Assembly (NCBI GenBank): GCA_964566575.1 | Contig: CAZMKD010000147.1 | Coordinates: 13,001-77,000 of the forward strand | DNA from: an uncultured Verrucomicrobiota bacterium | GTDB lineage: Bacteria; Verrucomicrobiota; Verrucomicrobiia; Palsa-1439 | DNA: 64,000 nucleotides | Reading direction: 5' to 3' | Shown: piece after piece, positions 1-9,365 of the stretch | How positions within the stretch are numbered: position 1 is the stretch's first letter | Layout: every line of letters begins with the position of its first letter | Position numbers and translations under genes: made by a program | Notes under the pieces: model-generated | What the model was told of the DNA's origin: nothing | Database searches by the model: none | The model's input: only the letters and a program-made list of their open reading frames with translations

Positions 1-728
1 TGACTCGGCTCGACCACGAGCGTGCCGGAGTAGCCGTCGAGAATGCCCGGCTGCCCGTCGTGCAGGTGCTGACTGGCGTCCCGCAATCCAACCACTGCCG
101 GTAGGTTCATCGAGCGCGCCATAATTGCCGTGTGCGAAGTGTGGCTGCCCACGTCGGTCACGAAGCCGACAACGTTCTTACGGTCGATCGACGAAGTGTC
201 CGATGGTGACAAGTCGTGCGCGACGACGATGGTGCCGGGAGGGAGATTGGCGAGGCCGCGATGTTCGCGCCCCATCAGGTTGCGCATGATCCGGTGGGAC
301 ACATCGCGCACGTCCGCGGCCCGTTCTCGCAAGTATTCATCCGGCATCTCGGCCAGCGTCTTGGTGTAAGCGGTGGCAACGCTATGAAAAATGAACTCGA
401 CGTTTTTCTTCTCCTGCTCGAGGCGGCGCATGACCCGCTCAATCAACACCGGGTCTTCCGTGATCGAGACGTGGACATCGAGAATGCTGGAGGGCGCGTC
501 CGATCCCATGCCGGTGGCGATGCGCTGCTGGAGTTCGTGGAGTTGTTCGCGGGTGGCGATCAAGGCGTGCTCGAAGCGCGCCGTCTCCTTCGTGACGTCC
601 TCGGGCGAGATGTCGTACTCCGACACCGCCTCCTCAGCCATCTTGTAGACAAAGATCTTGCCGCGGGCGACGCCGGGGGAGACGCCGATGCCTTGGTACA
701 GTTTTTCGTTTGCCGGTTTGTTCGCCAT
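1..728 (-). CDS. ptsI: phosphoenolpyruvate-protein phosphotransferase (PTS Enzyme I), N-terminal part; the gene continues beyond the window start
   Basis: Translated by hand from the minus strand; it is absent from the ORF track because it runs off the edge. MANKPANEKLYQGIGVSPGVARGKIFVY...VTDVGSHTSHTAIMARSMNLPAVVG has the phospho-histidine signature of EI. The ATG is near 728, directly downstream of ptsH on the same strand. Confidence 0.8.
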   Translation of the reverse strand, partial: MANKPANEKLYQGIGVSPGVARGKIFVYKMAEEAVSEYDISPEDVTKETARFEHALIATREQLHELQQRIATGMGSDAPSSILDVHVSITEDPVLIERVMRRLEQEKKNVEFIFHSVATAYTKTLAEMPDEYLRERAADVRDVSHRIMRNLMGREHRGLANLPPGTIVVAHDLSPSDTSSIDRKNVVGFVTDVGSHTSHTAIMARSMNLPAVVGLRDASQHLHDGQPGILDGYSGTLVVEPS

Positions 729-761
729 CGCAATTCAGGATGAGCGGCCGGCGGCTGCGAG

Positions 762-1037
762 TCAGTCTTCGTTGAACTTCAGGAGAAACAGCTCTTCGAG
801 CGCCTTCAACGCCGCCTCAGCGTCGCGTCCCTGGGCCGTGATCGTGAGCTTCGAACCTTGCGCTGCCGCCAACATCATCAACCCCATAATACTCTTGCCG
901 TTAATGATTTCACCATCTTTTTCGACTTCGATGTGGCTCTCGAATTTGCCGGCCACCTTGACGAACAACGCCGCGGGTCGAGCGTGAACGCCGAGCTTGT
1001 TGATGACGGTCATGTGTTTGCTGAGTTTGGCGGCCAT
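762..1037 (-). CDS. ptsH: phosphocarrier protein HPr
   Basis: 91 aa. The His15 region GVHARPA and the Ser46 region GKSIMGLM are both present. Confidence 0.9.
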   Translation of the reverse strand: MAAKLSKHMTVINKLGVHARPAALFVKVAGKFESHIEVEKDGEIINGKSIMGLMMLAAAQGSKLTITAQGRDAEAALKALEELFLLKFNED

Positions 1038-1040
1038 GGA

Positions 1041-1994
1041 TCAATCGCCGGGCGGGCGCATCCGTTCGATGAGACGCTGGTTGAATTCTTGAGCGGGATT
1101 GTATCCTGAGTCTTTGAGTTTTTGATCGAGAGCGGCGACTTGGATGAGCCGGGCGATGTCGCGCCCCGGTCGGACCGGTATGGTGACATGCGGCAACTGG
1201 ATGCCGAGGATCGTGTAGGTCTGTTGCTCGAGGCCGATGCGGTCAACTTCCTCCATCTTGTTCCAGTCCATCAACGTCACAATTAGGTCGACGCGTTTCT
1301 CGGGCCGGACGGCCGCGACGCCGAACACGGCCGGCACGTTGATGATGCCGATGCCGCGAATTTCCATGTGATACCGGGTGGTCTCCGACGAAGTGCCCAT
1401 GAGTTGCTGGCCTTCGAGAAGTTTGATCCGCGTGATGTCGTCGCTGACCAACGAGTAACCGCGCTCCAACAACGCGAGGACGCTCTCGCTCTTGCCAATG
1501 CCGCTCTCGCCGCGAATCAACACGCCGATGCCGAGAATGTCCACCATCGAGCCGTGCTCGGTGGCCGTCGGCGCAAACTCGAGTTCGAGCGCGATGGTCG
1601 CGGCGTTGATGAACCTCATCGTGATCATCTTGGTCTTGAACAGCGGCACCTGACACTTGTCGCACAGATCGATGACGTGCTTCGGTGGGTTGACGTTGCG
1701 GGCGTACACGAGGCAGGGAATCTTTTGCTGGAGCAGGTCGGCCACGCGGCGCTGCGCATCGGCGGGGCGGAGTGATTTCAGATACTGCCATTCCGCGCCG
1801 CCGAACACCTGCACGCGTTTGAACGCGAAATACCGGTAGAAGCCGGCGAGTGCGAGGCCGGGCCGGTTCACCGATCCTTCCAGAATCTTGTGCGACAATC
1901 CGGCCCCGCCGGCGACGAGCTTGAGATGCAACTTCTCCGCCTGGTTCAGGTAGAAGCGCTCGACGGAGACGGTTGGGAGCGAGGGGTTCTCCAT
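1041..1994 (-). CDS. hprK: HPr kinase/phosphorylase
   Basis: 317 aa. Contains the Walker A loop GESGIGKSE and is of typical HprK length; it is coupled to ptsH. Confidence 0.9.
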   Translation of the reverse strand: MENPSLPTVSVERFYLNQAEKLHLKLVAGGAGLSHKILEGSVNRPGLALAGFYRYFAFKRVQVFGGAEWQYLKSLRPADAQRRVADLLQQKIPCLVYARNVNPPKHVIDLCDKCQVPLFKTKMITMRFINAATIALELEFAPTATEHGSMVDILGIGVLIRGESGIGKSESVLALLERGYSLVSDDITRIKLLEGQQLMGTSSETTRYHMEIRGIGIINVPAVFGVAAVRPEKRVDLIVTLMDWNKMEEVDRIGLEQQTYTILGIQLPHVTIPVRPGRDIARLIQVAALDQKLKDSGYNPAQEFNQRLIERMRPPGD

Positions 1995-1995
1995 G

Positions 1996-2544
1996 TCAGG
2001 CCAACTGGGGCTGGATCAGGCCGAAGTCACCGCTCTTGCGACGGTAGAGCACGTTGACCTGCTCGGTGTCGGCGTTGAGAAAGACAAGAAATTCGCGCTT
2101 GTCCGAAACCTCGAGCTGCAGCACCGCCTCGTCCACAAACATCGGCTTGCAGGGGTAGGGCTCGGTGCGGATGTGATGGGTCTGGCCGTGTTCCTCGTGC
2201 AGATCGTGGGTGAGAATCTGCTCGTCGAAGTGCCGGGCCTGCGCGTGACGCGGCCGGTGATTCTGAATGCGCGTCTTGTATTTGCGCATCTGGCGCTCGG
2301 CCTTGTCCACCGCCCTGTCGATGGCGGCGTACAAATCCTCATGGACGTCGCTGGCTTCGATGTGAATGTGATTGCCGCAATGCAGCACCAGCTCCGCCCG
2401 TTGCCGGAATTTGTCCACTTCGACGATAAAATGCGCATCGAGGATGCGCGGAAAATGGATGTGAATGTTATCGATCTTCTTGCGCGCATACTCTTCGATT
2501 GCCGGCGTCACGGTTACGTGTCGCCCGGTCACAGTGATATCCAT
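1996..2544 (-). CDS. hpf: ribosome hibernation promoting factor (long form, RaiA/HPF family)
   Basis: 182 aa. MDITVTGRHVTVTPAIEEYARKKI... is a typical HPF N-terminal domain with the C-terminal extension. Its stop is 1 nt from the hprK start. Confidence 0.9.
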   Translation of the reverse strand: MDITVTGRHVTVTPAIEEYARKKIDNIHIHFPRILDAHFIVEVDKFRQRAELVLHCGNHIHIEASDVHEDLYAAIDRAVDKAERQMRKYKTRIQNHRPRHAQARHFDEQILTHDLHEEHGQTHHIRTEPYPCKPMFVDEAVLQLEVSDKREFLVFLNADTEQVNVLYRRKSGDFGLIQPQLA

Positions 2545-2555
2545 GATGTCCCTCC

Positions 2556-3299
2556 TTACATGCTGAACCGCGGTCCCAGATACAGCTCGCGGCTCTTCGG
2601 ATCGTTGATCAGAAACTCACTCGTGCCTTCCACCTCAACCTTGCCGGCACAGATTAAATACGCGCGATCCACGATCGACAACGTCTCACGCACATTGTGG
2701 TCGGTCACCAGAATGCCCAGCCCCTTGTGTTTCAACTCGGCGATGATCTGCTGCACCTCATACACCGCAATCGGGTCGACACCGCTGAACGGCTCGTCCA
2801 GCAGCATCAACTTTGGCGCTGTCACCAGTGCCCGCGTGATCTCCAGCCTCCGGCGCTCGCCACCGCTGAGCGTGAACGCCTTATTCTTCCTTAGCGGCGC
2901 AATATCCAACTCCTCCAACAAATAATCCAGCCGAAATCTCCGCTCCTCCGGCGTTAACGGCAACGTCTCCAAAATCGCGAGGATGTTTTCCTCCACCGTC
3001 AACTTCCGAAACACACTCGGCTCCTGCGCGAGATAACCAATTCCCAACCGTGCGCGCTTATGCATCGGCACGCGCGTTACCTCGCCGCCGTCGAAGAACA
3101 CTTTCCCGCCATCCGGTTTCACCAACCCGACGGTCATGTAAAACGTCGTAGTCTTACCGGCCCCATTCGGCCCGAGCAAGCCGACGACTTCGCCGCGCTT
3201 CACATTGATATCCACGCCATTAACGACCCGTCGCCCGCCATAGATTTTGACGAGCTGCTCCGTGTGCAGCAGAAAGCCGTTGTTCGCCCCCTCGGTCAT
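2556..3299 (-). CDS. lptB: LPS export ABC transporter ATP-binding protein LptB
   Basis: ABC ATPase carrying GPNGAGKTTTFYM, LSGGERRR and LLDEP. The ORF extends to 3512, but the start was chosen at MTEGANN... because it gives the E. coli-like spacing before the LVKIYGGRRVV motif. Confidence 0.85.
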   Translation of the reverse strand: MTEGANNGFLLHTEQLVKIYGGRRVVNGVDINVKRGEVVGLLGPNGAGKTTTFYMTVGLVKPDGGKVFFDGGEVTRVPMHKRARLGIGYLAQEPSVFRKLTVEENILAILETLPLTPEERRFRLDYLLEELDIAPLRKNKAFTLSGGERRRLEITRALVTAPKLMLLDEPFSGVDPIAVYEVQQIIAELKHKGLGILVTDHNVRETLSIVDRAYLICAGKVEVEGTSEFLINDPKSRELYLGPRFSM

Positions 3300-3377
3300 C
3301 GCGCGCAGTGTAGCAGAAACGTCAGTGGTGACAAGCGCGGGGGATTTACACATCGATGAGAACCGAGTATCCTTCCC

Positions 3378-4445
3378 GTGATGTCGGCGATGATTCCGAA
3401 ATTGGTCAAGATTGCAGAGTTGACCCCAATCACAATTATCCTCGCTTTTCTCGTACTCCTCGCCAGTTCGAGGATGGGACTGGGCGACAGTAGAATTTTT
3501 CCTCAAAGCCAAGATATCGTCGTTCTGCTTGATCAGATTCAGGATCAGGACTTGGACGTGCGGAAGGCTGCGTCGAGGCAGTTAATTAGGAGACTCTCTG
3601 ATCTTGAGTCATTTGACGCAAAAGCCGTTCCGATTTTAGCTAGAGCGCTGAGTGATTCTGATGAAAGTTTGAGGGGCAGAGCAGCAGCTATTCTTGCTGC
3701 TATCAGCATTCGCAAGTATTTAACTACTACAATGAAGCCCGCTGAGGATGCGTTGTTAGCCTCGTTGAGCGACGAGGATGTCGACGTTAGGCTGAATTCA
3801 TTAATCGCATTGGGAAGCCTGCGGCCGCCTTCTAAACGGGCGATTTCAGCTTTTCTGAAACTGACTACTGATCCCGATTGGAGAGTGCGAACGCAAGCAT
3901 TTACCGCTCTACAGTCTGCCACGTCTGAGGACAAGGAAGTTCAGGATCACCTCTTCAGCTATTTAACTGCTGCGAACCCGACCAACAGGATGCTTGCCCT
4001 AAGGGCTTTCGCCGGAATGCAAACTATCTCGACTGACGTGATAGAGGAATCGGCAAAACTCTTACGGGATCAGGACAACAACGTGCGATTCGTAGCAATC
4101 GATACTCTTGACCGACACGTCAATACGGCGCTCGCATCTACTGCGGCTGTTTCGGGGTTGCGAGGTGTTCTGCAAAATCCTGATGAGACTATTGACTTGA
4201 GAGTACGTGTGACATCGCCATTGGCGAAAATGCTCGCTCAAAAGCCCGAGATCACCGATGATTTTATCAAGTTGCTTGCTGATAAGTCCGTAGCCGCTAG
4301 ACTGCGAATCGCCGCAGCGAACTCACTCGCCTACAGCACAGAGTCTAAAGAGAAAGCGATTACTGCACTTAGGGCTGCTGTACACGATGAGGATGCAACA
4401 GTTAGGCAACAGGCTGAGTTCGCTTTGCAGCATTTTTCGCCATAG
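3378..4445 (+). CDS. membrane-anchored HEAT-repeat (PBS-lyase-like) protein
   Basis: An N-terminal TM helix (ITIILAFLVLLASS) is followed by repeated 'xxDxDxxVRxxAxxAL' HEAT units. GC is about 48% against about 62% for the flanking DNA. The gene is oriented opposite to the lpt genes. Confidence 0.6.
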   Translation: MMSAMIPKLVKIAELTPITIILAFLVLLASSRMGLGDSRIFPQSQDIVVLLDQIQDQDLDVRKAASRQLIRRLSDLESFDAKAVPILARALSDSDESLRGRAAAILAAISIRKYLTTTMKPAEDALLASLSDEDVDVRLNSLIALGSLRPPSKRAISAFLKLTTDPDWRVRTQAFTALQSATSEDKEVQDHLFSYLTAANPTNRMLALRAFAGMQTISTDVIEESAKLLRDQDNNVRFVAIDTLDRHVNTALASTAAVSGLRGVLQNPDETIDLRVRVTSPLAKMLAQKPEITDDFIKLLADKSVAARLRIAAANSLAYSTESKEKAITALRAAVHDEDATVRQQAEFALQHFSP

Positions 4446-4527
4446 CAAGCACTCGCCTGTTCGCTACTAGGAGAAACGTGCGCAACTATCCGGGAAACGA
4501 GCCGGCTCTTCGCAGTCTACGCGCCGC

Positions 4528-5088
4528 CTACTCCTTCTTCTTCTGATCCTCAGGGTAGATGATCAGCCGTGTCCGGTTGGTCTCGGTGGAATCGGATTCG
4601 ACGTCCATTTTGCTTTCGTTGCGCCGGAACGTGATTTTCTTGCCGGTCACAGTGCCATCCGGACTTTGGACGCGGGGATTGCCGGTGAGCACGACTTTGC
4701 CGTCCACCGCAGTGTACACGGCGTGGTCGCTGTGCGCAATCTTCTCGTCGGGTGTCGTGATGACGACGCTGCCTTCAGCAATGATTCTCTGCGCCGAGCG
4801 CATGACGTTGGTGAGACCGCTGATGACGTTCGTTGAATTGCCGAACCAAACCGTCATTTTATCAGCCCGCATCACAATCCGAGAATCGAGGACCCGGACA
4901 TCGCCTTCGAACGTCCCGATGTTGTGGAGATAGTCAGCCTGAAAGCGCTGGCTATCCACGACCGTTGGCTCGTTCGTCGACGCCGGTTTCGGTTGCGCCG
5001 GCGCAGCGGCTTCTTCGACGCTGAACGCGACGACGGCTAGCGCAGCCAGGAGTGCGACCGCAACAAGTGACGGAATCAACTTCTTCAT
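4528..5088 (-). CDS. lptA: LPS transport periplasmic protein LptA (OstA-like N domain)
   Basis: 186 aa with a signal peptide and an OstA-like beta-jellyroll. It lies between the KdsC-LptC ORF and lptB, as in the E. coli yrb/lpt locus. Confidence 0.75.
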   Translation of the reverse strand: MKKLIPSLVAVALLAALAVVAFSVEEAAAPAQPKPASTNEPTVVDSQRFQADYLHNIGTFEGDVRVLDSRIVMRADKMTVWFGNSTNVISGLTNVMRSAQRIIAEGSVVITTPDEKIAHSDHAVYTAVDGKVVLTGNPRVQSPDGTVTGKKITFRRNESKMDVESDSTETNRTRLIIYPEDQKKKE

Positions 5089-6026
5089 GGTTGGCTTTCC
5101 TGTACCGAAGGAGCTTCGGCATTCTTAATGATCACCTGTACGTTACTGCGAATCGTCAGCGAAGAATGATTGCTGTCCCAGTCCCCGCCGATGCCGGTCA
5201 TGATCATATTCGCTCGTTCGATGCGCACTGGCGCGTCGGTGGCGGCGCGATTGTTCACGCGGTCGAGTAAGCAGACCGGCGAGGTGAACACCAAGTCGAC
5301 TTGGTTGCTCGTGTAGAATTCGGCGCGCGCATTGTAGACGTTCATCAGTCCGTCCGGCCGGATAGTCGCCCGGTCCCCGCTGAGCTTCCACTTGAGGTTG
5401 CCGTCTTCGTCGCGTTGTGGCACTTCGAACTTCTCGATGTAGCCGGTGGGAGCGTTCGTGTTGCCGGAGTCGGCCAATACCCCGGTGATCATCGAGAGTC
5501 CGGCAACCGTGAGCACCATATACTTCGCGACGACGCTCTTCCATGAGCCTTGCGCCTTCAAAATCATCTCGATGACTTCCCGCACCGCCCCATCACCACC
5601 GCGACGCTTCGTCGTGTAATGCGCGATCGCCTTCACTTCATCCACCGCATTCGGCACGGCAATCGCCAATCCAACGCGTCGCAGCACCGGCAAGTCCACC
5701 AATTCGTCGCCGATAAATGCGATTTCCTCGTCGCGCAGATTGTGTTCGCGTTTGATTTCCTCGACCATGTCCATCTTGTTAACGGTCGCTTGCTTCACAA
5801 TGTTCACTCCAAGATCGGCCGCCCGCTTCTCGGTCGCCTTCGATGGGCGGCCGGAGACGAGACCGAGGAGCAGCCCCGCGCGATTGGCCATCGAGATGCC
5901 GTGGCCGTCTTGCACGTCGAAGGTCTTGAACTCCTGTCCGTCGCTGGTGAAATGCAGTTTGCCGTCGGTGAGCACGCCGTCCACGTCCATCAGCAGGCAA
6001 CGGATATTCTTCAGTCGTTCTTTCAT
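5085..6026 (-). CDS. KdsC (Kdo-8-phosphate phosphatase, HAD family) fused to LptC-like domain
   Basis: Residues 1-170 carry the HAD motifs DVDGVLTDG and GDELVD. A TM helix (YMVLTVAGLSMITGVLA) follows, then about 130 aa of LptC-like beta-jellyroll. It is one uninterrupted ORF of 313 aa. Confidence 0.75.
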   Translation of the reverse strand: MKERLKNIRCLLMDVDGVLTDGKLHFTSDGQEFKTFDVQDGHGISMANRAGLLLGLVSGRPSKATEKRAADLGVNIVKQATVNKMDMVEEIKREHNLRDEEIAFIGDELVDLPVLRRVGLAIAVPNAVDEVKAIAHYTTKRRGGDGAVREVIEMILKAQGSWKSVVAKYMVLTVAGLSMITGVLADSGNTNAPTGYIEKFEVPQRDEDGNLKWKLSGDRATIRPDGLMNVYNARAEFYTSNQVDLVFTSPVCLLDRVNNRAATDAPVRIERANMIMTGIGGDWDSNHSSLTIRSNVQVIIKNAEAPSVQESQP

Positions 6027-8404
6027 CCGAGAACGGTCAACGTCCCGCTGGTCACGCCGAGCTGACGGACCGCGTTCAGATGTTTGACGTTTTCAGTCTT
6101 GCCGGCAAGCAAATCCCGGTAGGCTCCCAGAATCTGCAGCGTCCGCGTCGCATCTTCTTCCAGAAGTTCGACGCGAAAGGTCCGTGCCCCGGCATCGAGG
6201 AATTGCCGGAGAAACTCCGCGCCAGTTTGTGCTTTCGCATGGAAGACGGTGTTCCGGCAACCAACATCCGCTTTGACCGGATGCTGGATGCCGACGCGGT
6301 CGCGCAACTTCAGGTCGTGCGTGTCGCAGGGACGACCGCAGTTCGTGCTGTCGGTGCCCGTGGAGAGGAACGCCGCGAATAGGCAGTGCTCCATGTGAAA
6401 CATCGGCATGTGCTGATGAATCACCAGTTCAAACCAACTCGCCGGCGCCGCGTGGAACAAATCGAGTACTTGCTGCGCATTGCAGTCGTACGAAACTGTG
6501 AGACGCTCCAGGCCTTCATGCATCAGCAGGTCGGCGCTCAACGGGTTAGCGACGTTCAATGAGAAGTCGCCGACTTTGCGCAGTTTGCTCGCGCGAAAGT
6601 AATCGAGCGCCCCGAGATTGCGGATAAGCACGCCGTCGGGCTGCGCATTGTCGATGAGCTTGAAGAAGCCCTGCTCACCGGCCTTCTGAATGCGCGGTGT
6701 GCCGAGATAAATCCGGCCGTGTCCGCGCACCAGCGCGACCGCTTCCGGATACCGGCGCAAGTCCTCGAAGTCCACGTAGATGGTTTGAAGACCGGCTTCG
6801 AGCGTCGCACGAACCTGGTCCAGCGTCCGACACAGAGCGATCAGTTGCGGTTTCATCTTTTGGGCAGTGGCTTTGGTAATTTGCGTGAGAAGCTGGGGCA
6901 GGATAGGGGACAGGGACGTGCGTTGCTCGACTTCCACCGGCGCATCCAGTTTGGAAACGAGCTCTCGGCGCAAGCGATTCAACTCGCTGACCGGCAGGAT
7001 GACCTGGCCGGCGAGCTTGTTGCGCACTTCACCGAGTTCGAAATCGGTTTCGCCGAGCCGCCCAAGCTGATCGCGTAGAACCGGCGTCGACATCGGTCGC
7101 TTGTATGCTGTTTGTAGGGGCATCGAGGAATGCACGCGTGTGCCGTTGGTTTCAATGGTGAGCAGCTTGCCAGCGGAACCGGTCACAACTAAATCGAGCC
7201 TGCGTTTCGGCCGGGGGATTTCGCCGGTGAAAGACTTGCGCAACTCACGTTCAAGCTGCGGGTCGCTCGTCTTCCAGACACGGTCGCCGGGCTTGAGCTT
7301 CGTGAAATCAATATGGCCGCGTTCAAAAAATAGTTGGCTCCCGCGAACCTGCCAGACGCGACCGCCTTGCTCGTTATCGGGATCGCCGCCGGTATCGAAG
7401 ACGACACCGTCACCGGCCTTGAGTGGCGTTTGCGGTTCGACTTCGACGTGGTCGTACTCGACATTCGTGACGAGACCGACGAACGGCCCGCGCTTCTTGC
7501 CGAAACGTGCGTGAACGAGTTGCTGGTGGTTCACACCGTGCATCCAGCCTGTATACAAACCGCGAGAAAATGTCATCTCGAGTTTGTACTGATCCTCCGG
7601 TGTCAACGCGGCGGCATCGATGGCTTTCCGGTACACCTGGCACGTCGCGGCGACATACTCTGGCGATTTGAGACGGCCCTCGATCTTGAAGCCCGTCACG
7701 CCGAGGCGAATCAACTCCGGTATCTCACGCACGGCGGCGAGGTCTTGCGGCGAGAGCAGATACCGGCGGTCGCCCAAATCCTTGAGCACACCGTCCACGA
7801 TAAGGTCGTAGGGCAGACGGCAGGCTTGCGCGCACTCGCCGCGGTTGGCGCTGCGTTGGCCGAGCGCTTCGCTGGTCAGGCACTGGCCGGAGTACGCCAC
7901 GCAGAGCGCACCATGGACAAATGTTTCGAGCGAGACGCCGTTTGTTTCGAACTTCGCCAATTCGCGTAGTGATGTCTCGCGGGCGATGACAACGCGTTTG
8001 ATGCCGAGCCGGGAGGCGAACGCGACGCCTTCGGGCGAGGTGATCGTCATTTGCGTCGAGGCATGAAGGTCCATGCGGACGCCGAGTTCCTTGGCGAGCC
8101 GCGCAATCCCGAGGTCCTGCACGATGACGACATCCACGCCCGCTTGGTCGAGGGCGATGAGTTCGCGCTCGGCGGCCGGCAACTCGTCGGTGAAAATCAG
8201 GGTGTTGAGGGTGCAAAACGCGCGGACGTTGTGGTCGTGGACGAAGCGAACCAGTTCCGGCAAAGAGTCCTCGGTAAAATTGTCGGCGCGCATCCGCGCA
8301 TTGAACTTCTGAAGTCCGAAGTAGATCGCATTCGCGCCATTGGCGACAGCGGCGCGGGCGCACTCGAAGTTGCCGGCGGGCGCGATCAGTTCGGGTTTCA
8401 TCGG
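6023..8404 (-). CDS. peptidase U32 family protein (tandem U32/collagenase-like domains)
   Basis: Contains the U32 signature ExxxGxxxxxxxSGxCxxS-like region (VAYSGQCLTSEALGQRSANRGECAQAC) and a second U32-like half. The start is assigned at MKPELIAPAGNFE. Confidence 0.8.
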   Translation of the reverse strand, partial: PMKPELIAPAGNFECARAAVANGANAIYFGLQKFNARMRADNFTEDSLPELVRFVHDHNVRAFCTLNTLIFTDELPAAERELIALDQAGVDVVIVQDLGIARLAKELGVRMDLHASTQMTITSPEGVAFASRLGIKRVVIARETSLRELAKFETNGVSLETFVHGALCVAYSGQCLTSEALGQRSANRGECAQACRLPYDLIVDGVLKDLGDRRYLLSPQDLAAVREIPELIRLGVTGFKIEGRLKSPEYVAATCQVYRKAIDAAALTPEDQYKLEMTFSRGLYTGWMHGVNHQQLVHARFGKKRGPFVGLVTNVEYDHVEVEPQTPLKAGDGVVFDTGGDPDNEQGGRVWQVRGSQLFFERGHIDFTKLKPGDRVWKTSDPQLERELRKSFTGEIPRPKRRLDLVVTGSAGKLLTIETNGTRVHSSMPLQTAYKRPMSTPVLRDQLGRLGETDFELGEVRNKLAGQVILPVSELNRLRRELVSKLDAPVEVEQRTSLSPILPQLLTQITKATAQKMKPQLIALCRTLDQVRATLEAGLQTIYVDFEDLRRYPEAVALVRGHGRIYLGTPRIQKAGEQGFFKLIDNAQPDGVLIRNLGALDYFRASKLRKVGDFSLNVANPLSADLLMHEGLERLTVSYDCNAQQVLDLFHAAPASWFELVIHQHMPMFHMEHCLFAAFLSTGTDSTNCGRPCDTHDLKLRDRVGIQHPVKADVGCRNTVFHAKAQTGAEFLRQFLDAGARTFRVELLEEDATRTLQILGAYRDLLAGKTENVKHLNAVRQLGVTSGTLTVLG

Positions 8405-8471
8405 CGGCGAGGATAGCATGCGTTGAACAAGTTGGCTCGACAATTCGTCGGCGTGGTGAAAGATTATTTGC

Positions 8472-9350
8472 ATGAATGCGAAATGGATTCTCGTCGGGCT
8501 GTTGACGGTGACGACGGCGTTCGCGGACATGAGCAAGGAGGAACGCGAGGCCTATCAGGCGTGGTACGACGCGAACGCGGCGCAAGACTGGCCGAAGGCG
8601 ATCGAGGCCGGCAAGATTTACCGCGACAGTTTCCCGCAGGGCGAATACGCTGAGTACCTCAAGAAGTGGGAACACAGTCAGCGCGTGCAGCTTTTTGCGG
8701 ACGCGGTCAGGGCGAAGGCCAGCGACGAGATGATCAAACGCGGCACAGACCTGCTCGCCGAAGACGCCAACAACCTCGACATCATTTACACCATCGCCAC
8801 TGCGTTGCGGGTGAATGAACTGTGGGCGAAGCCGCCCGTGTTCACGCACGCGGGCGAAGCCGCCGCGTTCATGCTCAAAGCCGCGCAGCTCATCGAAGCC
8901 GGCAAAGAACCCGCCAGAGCGGACAAAACGAAATGGAACAAGCAGAATGTGCTCGGCACGCTTTACCAGACTCTCGCGCTGATCGAGAAAGCGAACAAGA
9001 ACACCGACAAAGCGATCGAGTATTACACCAAGGCGGCGACGGCCGACCCGTCCAGCCCCAGCCACGCGCTCTCCGCCGGCATCCTCAGCTACACAAAGTA
9101 TCAGGAGGCCGCGCGCAAGTACCGGGAATTGATGAAGGACGCGACGAATAGGGACAAGCCCGAGACGACGACCGCCAAGCAAGAAGCCGACAAACATGCC
9201 GAGGCCGCCATCGCCAGCTACGCGAAATTTCTGAAGGCCACGGACGGCAATGCCAGTTACGCCGAACAGCGCGTGAAAGTGGAGAAGGGACTCGCGGACG
9301 CCAAAAGGTTTCTGCACCCCGAGCCGACGCCGGAAACCAAATCTCCCTAG
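8472..9350 (+). CDS. secreted hypothetical protein (helical/TPR-like)
   Basis: Signal peptide MNAKWILVGLLTVTTAFA followed by Ala/Lys-rich helical repeats. Confidence 0.6.
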   Translation: MNAKWILVGLLTVTTAFADMSKEEREAYQAWYDANAAQDWPKAIEAGKIYRDSFPQGEYAEYLKKWEHSQRVQLFADAVRAKASDEMIKRGTDLLAEDANNLDIIYTIATALRVNELWAKPPVFTHAGEAAAFMLKAAQLIEAGKEPARADKTKWNKQNVLGTLYQTLALIEKANKNTDKAIEYYTKAATADPSSPSHALSAGILSYTKYQEAARKYRELMKDATNRDKPETTTAKQEADKHAEAAIASYAKFLKATDGNASYAEQRVKVEKGLADAKRFLHPEPTPETKSP

Positions 9351-9365
9351 CGCGCATCCAATGGC

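Noticed and set aside
216-743. A 175-aa plus-strand ORF at the window start
   Set aside because: It is antisense to a convincing ptsI (Enzyme I) reading frame that was translated by hand from the minus strand, and its composition is Arg/Ala/Gly-rich as expected from high GC.
3300-3512. A longer lptB N-terminus (ORF start at 3512 or 3353)
   Set aside because: The extension (MALRKNSTVAQSHPRTGEEYEKSEDNCDW...) is low-complexity. The MTEGANN start reproduces the spacing before the ATP-binding beta-strand that I recall from E. coli LptB.
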